Shown: piece after piece, positions 1 to 12,072 of the stretch
Layout: every line of letters begins with the position of its first letter
Position numbering within the stretch: position 1 is the stretch's first letter
DNA from: Mobula hypostoma
Taxonomy: Eukaryota
Assembly (NCBI RefSeq): GCF_963921235.1
Contig: NC_086097.1
Span: 79,486,001 to 79,550,000, forward strand
DNA length: 64,000 nt
Reading direction: 5' to 3'
Program-made: the position numbers and the translations under genes
Notes under the pieces: generated by a model
Told to the model about the DNA's origin: nothing
The model's input: only the letters and a program-made list of their open reading frames with translations
The model's database searches: none

Positions 1-236
1 AGAGGGTTGTGGTTCTGTGGAATGCTCCGCCTCAGAAGGCAGTGGAGGCCAATTCTCTGTATTCTTTCAAAAAAGAGTTAGCTAGAACTCTTAAAGATAG
101 CGGAGTGAAGGGATATGGGGAGAAGGCAGGAAAAGGGTACTGATTGTAGATGATCAGCCATGATCACAGTGAATGGTGCTGCTGGTTCGAAGGGCTGAAT
201 GGCCTACTCCTGCACCTATTGTCTATTGTCTATTGT
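1..236 (+). mobile_element. CR1 LINE 3' end
   Basis: End of ORF2 (RVVVLWNA...) and 3'UTR hairpin region, ending in a (CTATTGT)n tail like other CR1 copies here. Confidence 0.85.
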
Positions 237-729
237 TACATAGTGTGTTGAGTTAATACATGCTATGTTGGTGCTGGAAACATGGTGACACTTGTGGGCT
301 GCCCAGCACAATGCTCACTATTTGATTCGATGCAAATGACGCATTTCACTGCATGTTTCAATGTACATATGACAAACAAAGTTTATCTTTTTCTTCAAAA
401 ACAAAAACACAATACAAAATAAAGTGTGACAGCTACAGAAAAAATGCAATGCAGGTAGACAATAAGATGCAAGATCAGTTAAAATATCAAAACTTTTAAA
501 AATCCTTGCAATTCAAAGGAGTTTTCAAGATCTGGGAAACAAAATTGCATGTTATTAGGGAAGAGTAAGTTCCCATTTGCAAAGGGGTATTTAAGATTTT
601 TGTGTATTTTGTGCTAATCAACTGGTGCAGAATTTGTTTTACCAAGTTCAGCCTCAAGAGATTAATGCCTTTTACTGGTGCTTCTCATTGGTTAGAACGT
701 CAATGCACTGAGTTTAAATTGCTTTGCTT

Positions 730-1160
730 TTCAAGATTCACGATTCTTTAATGTTATTTCCTGTTCACAAGTGTAAAGGAGAATGAAATAATTGTTACTG
801 CAGATCCACTGCAACACAAAAAAACACAAAAGATAAAGAATGCAATAACAGTAATAACTACAAAAATATAAACACATAAGACAGTTTATATACTATACAT
901 ACGTTTGTACATTGATTGTATATCCATAAAGTGACGCTAGATATAGGAGTGTCTGTACATAAGGTGACTGACAGGAAATAATAAAGTAGTGGTGGCTGGG
1001 GGTCTGGAGGGGTAGGCTAGTGGGTAGAGGTGTTGATCAGCCTTACTGCTTGGGAAAAGTAACTGTTTTTGATGTGGATGATAAGTAGCCTCCTCCTTAA
1101 TGGAAGAGTGACAAACAGTCCATGAGCAGGGTGAATGGGATCCTTCCTGATATTACTAAC
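730..1160 (-). mobile_element. Rex1/Babar-type LINE 3' end (approximate)
   Basis: Minus translation DPIHPAHGLF...KNSYFSQAVRLIN matches the C-terminus of the Rex1-like ORFs elsewhere in the window. Short-repeat tail present. Confidence 0.7.
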
Positions 1161-1962
1161 TGTAGAGATGGGTATTAAAATGTACTTCAAGAGGTGCACT
1201 TATTGGGAGGCAAAGTATCATATGAAATTACAAGATCATTGCACTGAATATGTCACTGCCAGAGTACTCCCCCAGTTATAGGAGCCAGAGCAGCAGAGAG
1301 GAGGAACCAACAACTTCTAAAACATTTTTCCTGATTGATTGAAGAAAGTGTTAATTGGAGTGGCCATTGTGAGAATGAAGCCGTTTAGGATTGGAGGGCT
1401 GAGGCTTTAACTAGAGAGGCTTCTGCAAGGAGGCACAGGTGAGCAGCAGACAAGAATCTGGCAAGGTTTTTATTTTCCTGTAATCTGTGACCTTTGACAG
1501 TGTAGAAAAAAATGGCATTCAGGGCAATAGAATGTTTCTCGTGCAAGATGTGAGAAGTCATGTCTCAATGTTGACTACATCTGTGGGAAGTGCATCCTGT
1601 TGCATCTCCTGACAGAGTAGATGAAGGAACTAAGGTTGGAATTGGATGTACTCAAGAGTCATCTGGAATTCTGAGGATATCATAGAAGAGAATTCAGTGA
1701 GGTGCTCATATCTCAGGTGCAGGTTACAGGTAGAAAGGTGACCACCAGGAGAAGAAAGGGGATTAGTCAAACAGAGCAGGGTTGCTCTGTGGTCATTCTC
1801 TCGCTAATAGATATAATCCTTTGGATGCAGTTAGGGAGATGACCTTTCAGAGGCCAGCACCAGTGTCCAGTTAAGTAGCACCGTGCCTAGCTCTGAGGCA
1901 AAGTAGGGAAGGAATGAGGTCCTGCAAAATAATTTTAGGGAGCTAGGTAGAAAGCTTTAAAA

Positions 1963-3322
1963 AAACATGACATAGAGTCATATAGAAGTACAGCACAGAA
2001 ACAGGCCCTTTGGCCAATCTAGTCCACGGCAAAACAACTTAAGATGTCTACTCCCATCAACTTGCACTGGGACCATAGCCCTCCATGCCCTACTTTCTAT
2101 GTACCTATCCAAACTTCTCTTAAATATTGAAATCAAACTCGCATGCACCACTTGTGTTGGCAGCTCATTCCACACTCTCACGACCCTCTGAGTGAAGAAG
2201 TTTCCCCTCATGTTCCTCTTAAACTTCTCACCTTTCACCCTTAACCCATGACCTCTGAACGTAGTCCCACCCAATCTCACTGGAAAAAACCTGCTTGCAT
2301 TTACCCTATCTATAACCCTCATAAATTTATGTACCTCTATCAAATCTCCTCTCAATCTTTCACACTCCAAGGAATACAATCTTTCATATTCAATCTTTCC
2401 TTATAACTCGGGTCCTCCAGACCTGGCAACATCTTCATAAATTTTCTCTGTACTCCTTCAATCTTACTGTAGATAGGTGATGAAAACTGCACATAATACT
2501 TCAAATTAGGCCTCATCAACGTCTTATATAATTTCAACATATCACATCTCCTGTACTTAATACATTGATTTATGAAGGCCAATTGCCATAAGCTTTCTTT
2601 ATGAGCCTATCTACCTGTGATACCACTTTCAATGAATTATGGACCTGTATTCCCAGATCCCTTTGTTCCATCACACTCCTCAATGCCCTACTGTTTACCC
2701 TGGAAAGTCCTACCGAAGTGCAAAACCTTGCACTTGTCTGCATTAAATTTCATCTGCCGTTTTCAGCATATTTTTCCAGCTGATGCAGATCCCTCTCCAA
2801 ACCATGATTGCCTTCCTCACTGTCCACTACACCTCCAGTTTTGGTGTCATCTGTAAATTTGCTAATCTAGTTAACCACACTATCATCCAGATCATTGATA
2901 TAGATGACAACCAACAACGGACCCAGTACAAATCCCTGCAGCACACCACTAGTCACAGTCAGAGAGGCAACCCTCTGCTACCACTCTCTGGCTTCTCACA
3001 GAAAGCCAAAGTCTAATCCAATTTACTACCTCATCCTGTATGCCATAGATTGAACCTTCTTGACCAGCCTCCCATGTGGGACCTGATCAAATGCCTTACA
3101 AAAGTCCATGTAGACAAGATTCATTGCCTTGCCTCCATCTATTTTCCTGGCAACTTCCTTGATAAAGATTAATTAGACATGACCTATGATGCATGTAGCC
3201 ACACTGACTATCCTTAATCAGTCCATGTCTATCCAAATACTTATATATCTAGTCCCTTAGAATACCTTCCAATAACTTTCCCACAACTGATGTCAGCCTC
3301 TCTGGCCTACAATTTTCTGTTT
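1963..3322 (-). mobile_element. CR1 LINE, 5'-truncated, nested in an older CR1
   Basis: ORFs 1978..2379 and 2352..2582 give the CR1 RT C-terminus (RLRGDLIEV...RGNFFTQRVVRVWNELP). Confidence 0.92.
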
Positions 3323-5243
3323 TTTTCCTAAAAGATTATGCAGCATATGACCTCCAGAGTTTCAGTCTCAGGATTACTACCTGTGCCACATGCTAGTGAA
3401 GTGAGAAATAGATACATCGTGCAGTTCAGTATGCGGCTAAAGGAGCAGCTGTAGGAAGGAGTGCTTACAATTTATGAATTACTAGGCTCTTCCATGGCAG
3501 GTGGGACCGATAGGACAAAGACAGTGGATGGCAACCACGACAGCAGGGTAACAGGTGGTGGGGCTGAGGACAAGAAAGATGATATGACCAATAAGACTGA
3601 CATAAAGGACAGCAAGAGAGACAGGCTGATAAACATGGTGAGTCTGATGGGCTAAAATGAGTTTATTTTAACACTATGAGTATTATGGGTAAGGAGGATG
3701 AATTTTACAGCCTTGATCAGTACATGGAATTATAATGTTGTTGCCATTAAACACCTGGATATGTGTGAGAAAGGACTAGCAACTCAATGTTTCTGGGTTT
3801 CGCTCTTTTAGATGTGATGGGGCAGGGGTAAAAGAAGTGAAAGTATTGCACTACTGAATGGAGAATATCACAGAGGCACCCAGTGGACGTAATGGAAGGC
3901 TCATCCACAGAGGAAATTTGGATGGACCTCAGAAACAGGATAGCTGCAATTACACTGATGAGGTTACACTATAGGCTTCTCAGTAGCACAGAGAGGTGGA
4001 GGAACAGATATGCGGATAAATTATAGAAAGGTGCGAAACAACAAGGTTGTTGTAGTGGGGGACTTAAACCTCCAGCATTCATTAAAACTTTGTTAATACA
4101 AGAAGCTCAGATGGGGCAGCATTTCTTTAGTGAATTCAATAGAGGTTCTTGAAACAATAATGTGGAGAGTCCAATTTTAGCAGAAAACGTACTGGACCTG
4201 GTTTTGGGAAATGAGCCAGGCAGGGTAACAGATCTAATAACGGGTGAACATTTTGGGAAGAGTGACCATAACTTATTGTTCTAAGATAGTTGAAAAAGGA
4301 TAACATTGGATCTTGCAAGAAGGTACTAAACTGGGGGAGAAGAAATGTGGCAGGATATGAAAGGAGCTAAATGGCATTGATTAGGAGCAGCTGCTGTTGG
4401 ACAAGGCCACACCTGACATGTGGGAGTTTAAGGACTAACTGACCAGAGTTCAGGATAGGCATTTTCTATTATGGAGTAACAACAAGGATGGAAAGATAAG
4501 GGGACCTTGGGTGACTTGGGAGATCCAAAATTTAATTCGGAAGGAAAAGGAAACAAGCTTCAGGTTTAGGAAGCTAAAATCAGACTGGGTCCTTCTGGAA
4601 TATTAAAGCAGCAGGAAAGTGCCCAAGCAGGAGATTAGGAATGCCAAAAGGCGCCATGAAATCTTATTGGAGAGCAGGGTCAAGGATAATCTCAAGGCAG
4701 ATTAGACTTGTTTTAAGGGGACAACTAATGATAGGGTGGGTCCCCTCAAAGATAAAGAAGGAAATTTGTGTCTGGAGTCAGAGCAAGTGCCTGAGGTACT
4801 AACTGAGTACTTCATGTTGTATTTAGAGAGGAGAAATGGGGCAGGCCCTTGAGATTAAGGAGGAGGGTGTGCTGGGTCTTTGCAAAAGCATTATGATTAC
4901 ATCCTTGGGGCCTGATGGCATATCCCAGCATATTGAAAGCAGTAAGTGAGAGATTGCTAAGACTTTGACAGGGACTCTTCCATCCTCACTAGCAACAGGT
5001 GAAGTGCGAGAAGACTGGAGAGTAGTAAATGTTGTGCCTTTGCTCAAGAAGAAAAATAGGGATAATCTATGCTAATGAGCCTTACAGCAATGGTAAGAAA
5101 GCTACTGGAAAAGATACTGAGGTACAGGATCTATGAACATTTGCAAATGCATGATTTGCTTAGGGACAGTCATCATGACTTTCTACAAAGGAAGGCATGT
5201 CTTATACACTTGAGTTTTCTGAAGATGACATGGGTGAGAAAGT

Positions 5244-5380
5244 CACAAACAAGAGAAAATCTGCAGATGCTGGAAATCCAAGCCACACACACAAAATATT
5301 GGAGGAACTCAGCAAGCCAGGCAGTATCTATGAAAAAAAGTACATTTGACATTTCCGGCCAAGACCCTTTGGCAGGAAGA
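5244..5380 (-). mobile_element. Short Penelope-like terminal-repeat fragment with hammerhead remnant
   Basis: TSD GTGAGAAAGT at 5234-5243 and 5381-5390. Minus strand reads CTGCCAA-agggtcttggccg-GAAAT-GTC. Same family as 47514-49079. Confidence 0.8.
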
Positions 5381-6289
5381 GTGAGAAAGTGGATGCTGCC
5401 TACATGGACTTTAGTAAGGCATCTGTCAAAGTCCCTTATGGTAGGTTGATTCAGAACATATATGTATGGAATCTAGGGTAAATTGCAAGTTTAGATTTGG
5501 AACTGGCTTGCCCACAAAAGACAAAGGAGTGGAAGACTGTTATTATGATTGGAGATCAATGACGAGTGGTATTCCACAATGAATGGAGCTGGGAACTCGG
5601 ATATACATCAATGGCTTGGATGAAAATGTAGATGAAAAGATTTGCATATTTTTAAATGACACCAAGATTAGAGTTGTAGATAGTGTAGATCAGTTACAAG
5701 CATGGGTGGAAAGGTAATACTTGGAGTTTTATCCAGGCAAGTGTGTTGCACTTTGGGATGTCAAATGAAAGGAGAGAGTATGAAATTAATGGTAGGCCCC
5801 TTAATAGCACGAGGTACAAAGAGATCTTAGGGGTACAAGTCCATGGTTCACTGAAAGTGGTTATGCAAGTGAATCATGGATATGTAAGCTAAAGGTGTAT
5901 GGAATGCTTGCCTTCATCGGTGGGGAAGTTGATTATTAAGAGGAAGTCATGCTGCAGCCATAAACCCACACTTGGAATACAGTGTACTGTTCTTGTCGCT
6001 CAATTATAGGAAGGAGGTGGCAACTGGAAAAGGTGCATAAGTTGTTTTCAGAATGCTGCTTGGAATAGAGGATATTAGCCATAAGGACAGGATAGACAAA
6101 CTTGGGTTGTTCTCTTTAGTGCTGGGGGCTGAGGAGAGAACTGAGAGATTTCTAAATTGAGATATAGATAGTTAGAATCTGTTTTCCAGGGTAGAAATGT
6201 CAAACACCAGGTTAGAGTGAAGAAGTTTAAAGGTGTCATGAGAGACAAGTTTTTTATGTAGAGTGCATGCCACAAATCCCAAGGAGATT

Positions 6290-6630
6290 TTGGATTGTGT
6301 AGCGAGGGAGAGAATTCAAAAGAAGAGGGCGGAGGCTGTTGAGACATTCTATGTGCCATTGTTCCCAAGTGGATGCTGGATTGTGTATCAGGAGAGAGAA
6401 TTCAAAAAAAGCAAGCAGCCCAGTTAGGACATTTTGCGTGCCATTGCTTCTGAGGGGACATTGGAGTGTGTGCAGTAAGAGAGAGAATTCAATATAAGTG
6501 AATGGAGGCAGTTGGGACATTCTACACAGATCCCGAGAAGATATTGAAGTGTGCATACCGGGAGAGAGAGTTCAAAAGAAGCAAGTGGGGACAGTAGCGA
6601 TATTCTGCGCACCACAGCTCCTGATGTTAG
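6290..6630. repeat. Degenerate tandem array of about 4 units of ~85 bp
   Basis: Motif TG(G/A)A(T/G)TGTG...GAGAGA(A/G)TTCAA recurs starting near 6290, 6376, 6461 and 6544. Confidence 0.8.
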
Positions 6631-6649
6631 GCATTTGGCAAGGGCAAAT

Positions 6650-7850
6650 AAAAAGATGTTAGAGGAGTGGCCAATATGGGAGCGGCCATTGTGTGAGTGG
6701 GCCAGTGTTAGAATGGAAAGTTCAAGCTTTGGCCTATAGTGGCATCAGTGAGGAGAGTTGGAGGCTATAGGTAGATTTTTTAATTTAATTATTTCTTCTT
6801 TCTTTCTTCTGTACGGCAGATTTGCTAGTGCTGCATGGGGGTGGGGGGAGGCTGATTTTTAAACTAGAGTTGTGGGGGGATGGTGGAAGGATGAGAACCA
6901 GAGTATCTGAGCAATTAGTAGGGTCATTATGGAGAAAGATGTTGTTAAGCTATGGACAAAGTCAGGAATCGAAAGGTTGGGCATGGTGGGACTAATGTTC
7001 TGAGTTGTGTATATTTCACTGCAGGAGTATTAAAGGAAAGGCAGACAAGTATAGGACATAGATCAACATGTGGAATTATGACATTGTAGCCATTGGTGAG
7101 ACGTGGTTGCAGGAGGGGGAGAACTGGCAGCTTAATGGTCCAGGGTTCCGTTGTTTTTAGACATAACAGAGCAGGAGGGAAAATGTTACGGCAGTACTCA
7201 GACAGGACAGACTGAAGAGTTTGTCTACTGGGTGGAACTGAGGAATAAGTAAGAGATGACCATGCTAATGATCATAATGTCATTAGTTTCAAGATAATTA
7301 TGGAGAAGGATAGGTCTGGTCCTCGGATTGAGTTTCTAAATTGGAGAAAGGCCATTTTTGATGATATCAGAAAGGATCTGGCAAGTGTGGATTGGGACCG
7401 GTTGTTTTCTGGTAAATGGGAGGCCTTCAAAAGTGTAACTTTGAGAGTACAGAGTTAGTATGTTCCTGTCAGACAAAAAGACAATGATAGCAGATTTAGA
7501 GAACTTTGGTCTTTGAGGTATATTGAGGCCTGATTAAGAAAAAGGAGGTGCATAACAGGTATAGGCAGGAAGGAGCAAGTGAGGTACTTAAGAAATGAGA
7601 GAGAACAGTAAGGAAGGAAATCAGGAGGGCTAAAAGAAGGCATGAGGTTGCTAGAGCAGACACTGTGAAGGAGAATCCCAATAGCTTCTACAAATATATT
7701 AAAAGCAAAAGGATATCAAGGAATAAAATTAATCCTCTGGGAAATGAGAATGGTCATCTATAAAGGAGCCAAAAGAGGTGGGGAAATCTTAAATGAATGT
7801 TTTTGCATCTGTATTTACTTGGGAGATGGACACAGAGTTTATAGAAGTGT
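6650..7850 (+). mobile_element. CR1 LINE 5' UTR plus internally deleted ORF2 (endonuclease) fragments
   Basis: 5'UTR resembles 1350-1450. Endonuclease motif WNYDIVAIGETWLQEG near 7070-7115. Confidence 0.75.
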
Positions 7851-7860
7851 TTCCTGTCAG

Positions 7861-9129
7861 TGTCACAATGGTGGGGCATTGGGAGCAAGGGTGGACCCAA
7901 ATGCAAGACACATCTTGTGAGGTTAATTAAATTTAGTTTATTGTTCGATATCAGGAGAGCTAGGCAGGAGCAGGAGTAGCGAACTGGACAAGGACTGAGG
8001 ACTACGACTAGGCTGGGACCAAGGGTCTGGGCTAGGACTCGGAATCGGCTCCCAGGACTAGAGGAGACATGAAGAGGCTAGGGTATGGACTCCGAGCCAG
8101 AGACTGGGCAAGGACCCAGTACCTGGGTCTTGCCTGGGGCTCGGACCCCAGAACCAGGCAAGGACATGACATGGGCTAGGGAGAGGAAGAACATAGGAAC
8201 ACAGAGCCTCGGTCTCGGGAGAGCAGGTACATGGAACCATGGACACATACACAGAAAGTCGGGACCCCTCCTTGGGTACAGGACATAGGGCCGGGACTCA
8301 TGACCCTCCGCGGAGCAATGGCAAGACGGCCTGACTTACCCCACAGAGGCAAGGACAAGACAAGACAGAACATGACCCCCCACGAGGCAACAGCAAGACG
8401 GCCTGACTTACCCCACTGAGGTGAGGACAAGATAAGACAAGACCAACACGAATGAACACCAGACAGCACCTATCTAGCTCCGGCGATGGAACTAGACCGA
8501 GTGCAGGCAGGGCTACAGACGAGGGCTAGAGGCGAGAGGGGCAGAGAAGGGATTCAGACAAGGGGGTAGGACAGGAATCACAGACCGCCAGGGCCAGGAC
8601 TTGACTCAGAACTGGGAAGCCGCCAGGGCCAGGACTTGACTTGGTGCTAGAATGCCGCCAGGGCCAGGACTTGACTTGGTGCTTGAATGCCGCCAGGGCC
8701 AGGACTTGACTTGGAGCCTCCGGGTAGTGGTGAGCTCTCAACTCGGCCCGGGAACAGTAGACAGCGGCTCTTGATAACCTCTGGCGGGTTAACTGACGGA
8801 CCCACCTTGGTGAGGAAACCTTGCAGGCTTGCTTTGGCGAGGTAACTGGACAGGGTTGCTCCAGTGAGGAGAGGCGAATTACTGGCACTCACTTCGGCAG
8901 AGACTAGGTTTGCTCCGGCAGATGACATCAGCACACCATACCTTGGATAACTTTGCAGACGCTCCTGCGCCGAATGGCTGAAAGCCAGAGACTATAAACT
9001 ACCGGTTCAGCCGAGTGTTAATTGCCTCTAATCACCAAAGTCGAGGGACACGGGAAAACAGGGAATCAAAGGTCTGGATCGTAACATAAACAAGGTAAAT
9101 TTAAAGGGACCCCGATGCGGACCATGACA
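7861..9129 (-). mobile_element. Solo LTR, 1269 bp, probably Gypsy-type
   Basis: Termini TGTCA...TGACA. Perfect 5-bp TSD GTCAG at 7856-7860 and 9130-9134. AATAAA on the minus strand near 7937-7942. GC-rich with internal repeats. Confidence 0.88.
8584..8714. repeat. 35-bp minisatellite, about 3.7 copies, inside the solo LTR
   Basis: Unit GCCGCCAGGGCCAGGACTTGACTTGGTGCTAGAAT starts at 8584, 8619, 8654 and 8689. Confidence 0.92.
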
Positions 9130-9984
9130 GTCAGTTAATCTATGCTGTACCAGCTTGCCAGAAATTAATATGCTGGATCATATTGATTTCTGAATTGTGT
9201 TGATAAGCAAGCACATGTAAAAAAAAATAGGAATTTTAGTTTTGAAACAATGTTTAAAATATCTCTTTATAGACATGTACAAAATAAAGAAAACTGTGGA
9301 AAATCTTAGAATATAGCAACATGGACACTGTAGCCTAACAAAATCAGTTTTTGAAATAGGTTGGAAACAGTCCATTTTACAGAGTGATTAACAGATGGAA
9401 AAGTGTTCAGAATCACACACTCATTTAAGAGTGCTGCAATTAAGGAAGCTTTATCTCTAAGGATAAAATGAAGTAGCCAAATGCAAATAGGTTTATTTGT
9501 TTATAATCTTGTGATTCAACTATCTACCACTTCGTTAATTGAAATATTGCGCATCTAACTCATATGGCAATTGGCCACCTGTGTTGCTTGAAGCTTTTCA
9601 GCATTGATGCTAAAAAGTTCAAAATCAATTGCCTGGAATCTTTTCCAGTTACTGCCTAAGGAAAAGCATCTGTTTTGTACAAGGACTTCTTGGGCTGTAT
9701 GGTCAAATACAGCAATTGATCTCCCCATGCCTGAAGGGGAAAAGCAAGCTTCTAAACCATCCTTTTGCTCTCACTATTTCTATTTTCCACTTCTCAGTAC
9801 AATAATAACAGTTCAGCTAATTGTCAATCTATATGGTACTTAAGTTGAATTTTCACTTTATAACCACCATGTTGGTCGATGCGACTTCACCATGCAAATA
9901 GAAATCAATTAGCAATAACAAGTGAATAGATCTTTACACTGTATGGACCAAATATAACTTTCTTTGTACTTTGTTGACACTCAC

Positions 9985-10058
9985 CCAGGTTTCATGAAAA
10001 CTCTGCCAAAATGTATCTGGGCATGCAGGTCAATGTCCAATACTTGCTTTAAGTAATC
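9985..10058 (-). CDS. GPHN: Gephyrin coding exon, 74 nt: DYLKQVLDIDLHAQIHFGRVFMKP(G)
   Basis: Manual translation. Acceptor tactgacag, donor GTGAGT. Carries the MKPG motif. Confidence 0.97.
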
Positions 10059-11649
10059 CTGTCAGTAATAGTAATAAGAGGAAAAAGTTTGCATGATTTA
10101 GTTGATAACATTGTGAAGCTAACACAACCCATCATAATATAAAGGCACTTGACAGTTTATCTACCAACACTTCATATTGCTGAGAAGGTACTATGGCATC
10201 TCGTGTTTGTACAAAGTAAAAGATAAAAGACGTTGTTGTGAACATATCTTAAAGCAGAACTAAGTATTTTCATCACTTGATTTCAAATAGATGACTTTAA
10301 ATAACTAATCCTTACTTAGCTCTGTATAGCATAAACATACTTGGACCTCCCAATTTTTAAATTTATCATGTGTATAATATCTCAACTGAAAATGTACTCT
10401 GGAGTGGGTACTAGGAAAAGCAAATACTAAATGGTTGAAGGACCAAAATATTCTTGGGAGGGAGGAGAATAAACCTTTTGTCGATTGATTCAAGCCTTCT
10501 TACTTAAATATTGCCACTTGGTGTTTTGCTTCAATTTTACTTCCATGCATCCCTAGATGAATTTGTAAATAATAGTACTTTGATAAAATGACACAAAATC
10601 TTTCCATCGTTCAGCAATTGCGTGGAAATGTGGAAATAATTGCCTTAACAATAGGTAAAATATATAATTTGTGTAAAGATGCAGATTGCAGTTTGTGGTG
10701 AGCCTTGGTCTCCTTTGGAAACTTGTGTGAAAACCATTTGCATGAGAGACTTTCAGTAACTGCATTGTGATTTCTTTAAGGGTAATAATCAGTATTAGCG
10801 TAGCACACCTGTGAATGATGACCAAGTTAAAGCATGCCCATTTCCAAATAGGGTATTGGTTACTTTCTGTGATCATCTGGCATAACATAAATTGTATTGA
10901 ACTTGCAATGATATTGTTAACATTTGTCTAGGTGATTGTGCATTCGTTTTCATTACAAGGCAACTGGAAATTTTCAGCTGAATAAGGTGAACTATCTTTT
11001 GACTGAATGTCTAGATGTAAATCTGCCAAATGTTACCAATTTAGTTCTTTTCCAGACAAATCTCTTCTAGAGCTCAGAGGCATAACTTATCACTGGAATC
11101 AATCTGACTACCTTGGTTTTGTGGAAGTTGCATCATGTTATCTATCATGACAACAGATAATTTACAGATGCTACCTAAACTGCTGAGTACTTCCAGCATT
11201 CTATTTTAATTCTAACATTTGAATTTCTTTTGCTTTATTACAGCAACTATCACTTGTATATATCCTTAATACAGCAAAACCCTGTAACTGAAGAGCTAAA
11301 AAAACCAAAGTTAACATTGAGGTTCCAAATGATTTGAATTAAAGAACTAAGTTTTAAGAGCATCTTAATGGAAGAGAGTTAGAAAGTAGTGGTTTAGGAA
11401 ATAATTTCAGAACTTGATGCCTGGGAATTTGTAAGCAAGTAGAGGAATAATTGAAGGGCCACATCTAATGAGTTGTTAGCAAGTGGAAATTTGACATTGG
11501 TCAAAGTTCACTTGAATTTGCATTTATGGAGCATAGAAGGACTGTCAGGAGTGCATTGAAATAGTCCGGCCTTGGGAATTTGAAATCAGATGAACTGAAG
11601 CAAGGATTAGATTGTGCAGTGTTGCAGAAGAGAAAGTTTAAATGTCAGT

Positions 11650-12072
11650 CATACAACACAGAAACAGTCCACTGATTCCATGTTGATCAACAAGCATCAT
11701 TTTACACTAACATGACATTAATCCTTTATTCTCTCTACATTTCCATCAGCTCTTCTGACTCTATCATTCTCCTACACCAGGGGTTCACAACCTTTTTTAT
11801 GCCATGGACCAATACCATTAAGCAAGAGGCCCTCCATCAACCCCTATCCTACATTATTAGGAGGAATTCACAGCAGCCAATTAACCTAACTTCCAGCGGG
11901 TTCTGTTTCCTTCCATATCCAAATAACCCGTACATAACCAACCCAGGGCACCTGGTGGAAACCCACCTGGTCACAGCAAGAACATACAAATTCCACACAG
12001 AGCCCCCGAAGTCAGGATTAAACCCAAGTCTTGAGTACTGTGCGGCAGGAGCTCTGAGCTGCACTGTGTTGC
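11650..12072 (-). mobile_element. V-SINE/HE1-like tRNA-derived SINE with an inserted hAT MITE fragment (11778-~11835)
   Basis: Minus strand has a tRNA-like head followed by the core ctgtgtggaatttgtatgttctt...gggtttcc. CAGGGGTTCACAACC at 11778 is a Charlie-type TIR. Confidence 0.65.

Larger units (their letters stand above)
1290..6270 (+). mobile_element. Old near-full-length degenerate CR1 LINE, interrupted by two younger insertions
   Basis: ORF1 zinc-finger remnant near 1512-1620, esterase remnant near 3340, endonuclease remnant near 3660-4300, RT remnants 5069-6270. Many stops and frameshifts. Confidence 0.8.

Noticed and set aside
6290..6630. Conserved core plus variable segments resembling repeat-spacer structure
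   Set aside because: The variable parts are homologous to each other, so this is a diverged tandem repeat.
8584..8714. Regular 35-bp repeats resembling a CRISPR array
   Set aside because: Head-to-tail units with no unique spacers, inside an LTR in a vertebrate intron, and no cas genes.
8058..8934. Overlapping ORFs inside the LTR
   Set aside because: GC-rich repeat-derived open frames with no gag, pol or env motifs.
9482..9899. Two ATGCAAAT octamer motifs near an exon
   Set aside because: Expected by chance in AT-rich DNA, with no supporting context.
1..9984. Following GPHN exon (LPTTFAT…FALPG)
   Set aside because: Not found by eye. Probably beyond the left edge of the window.
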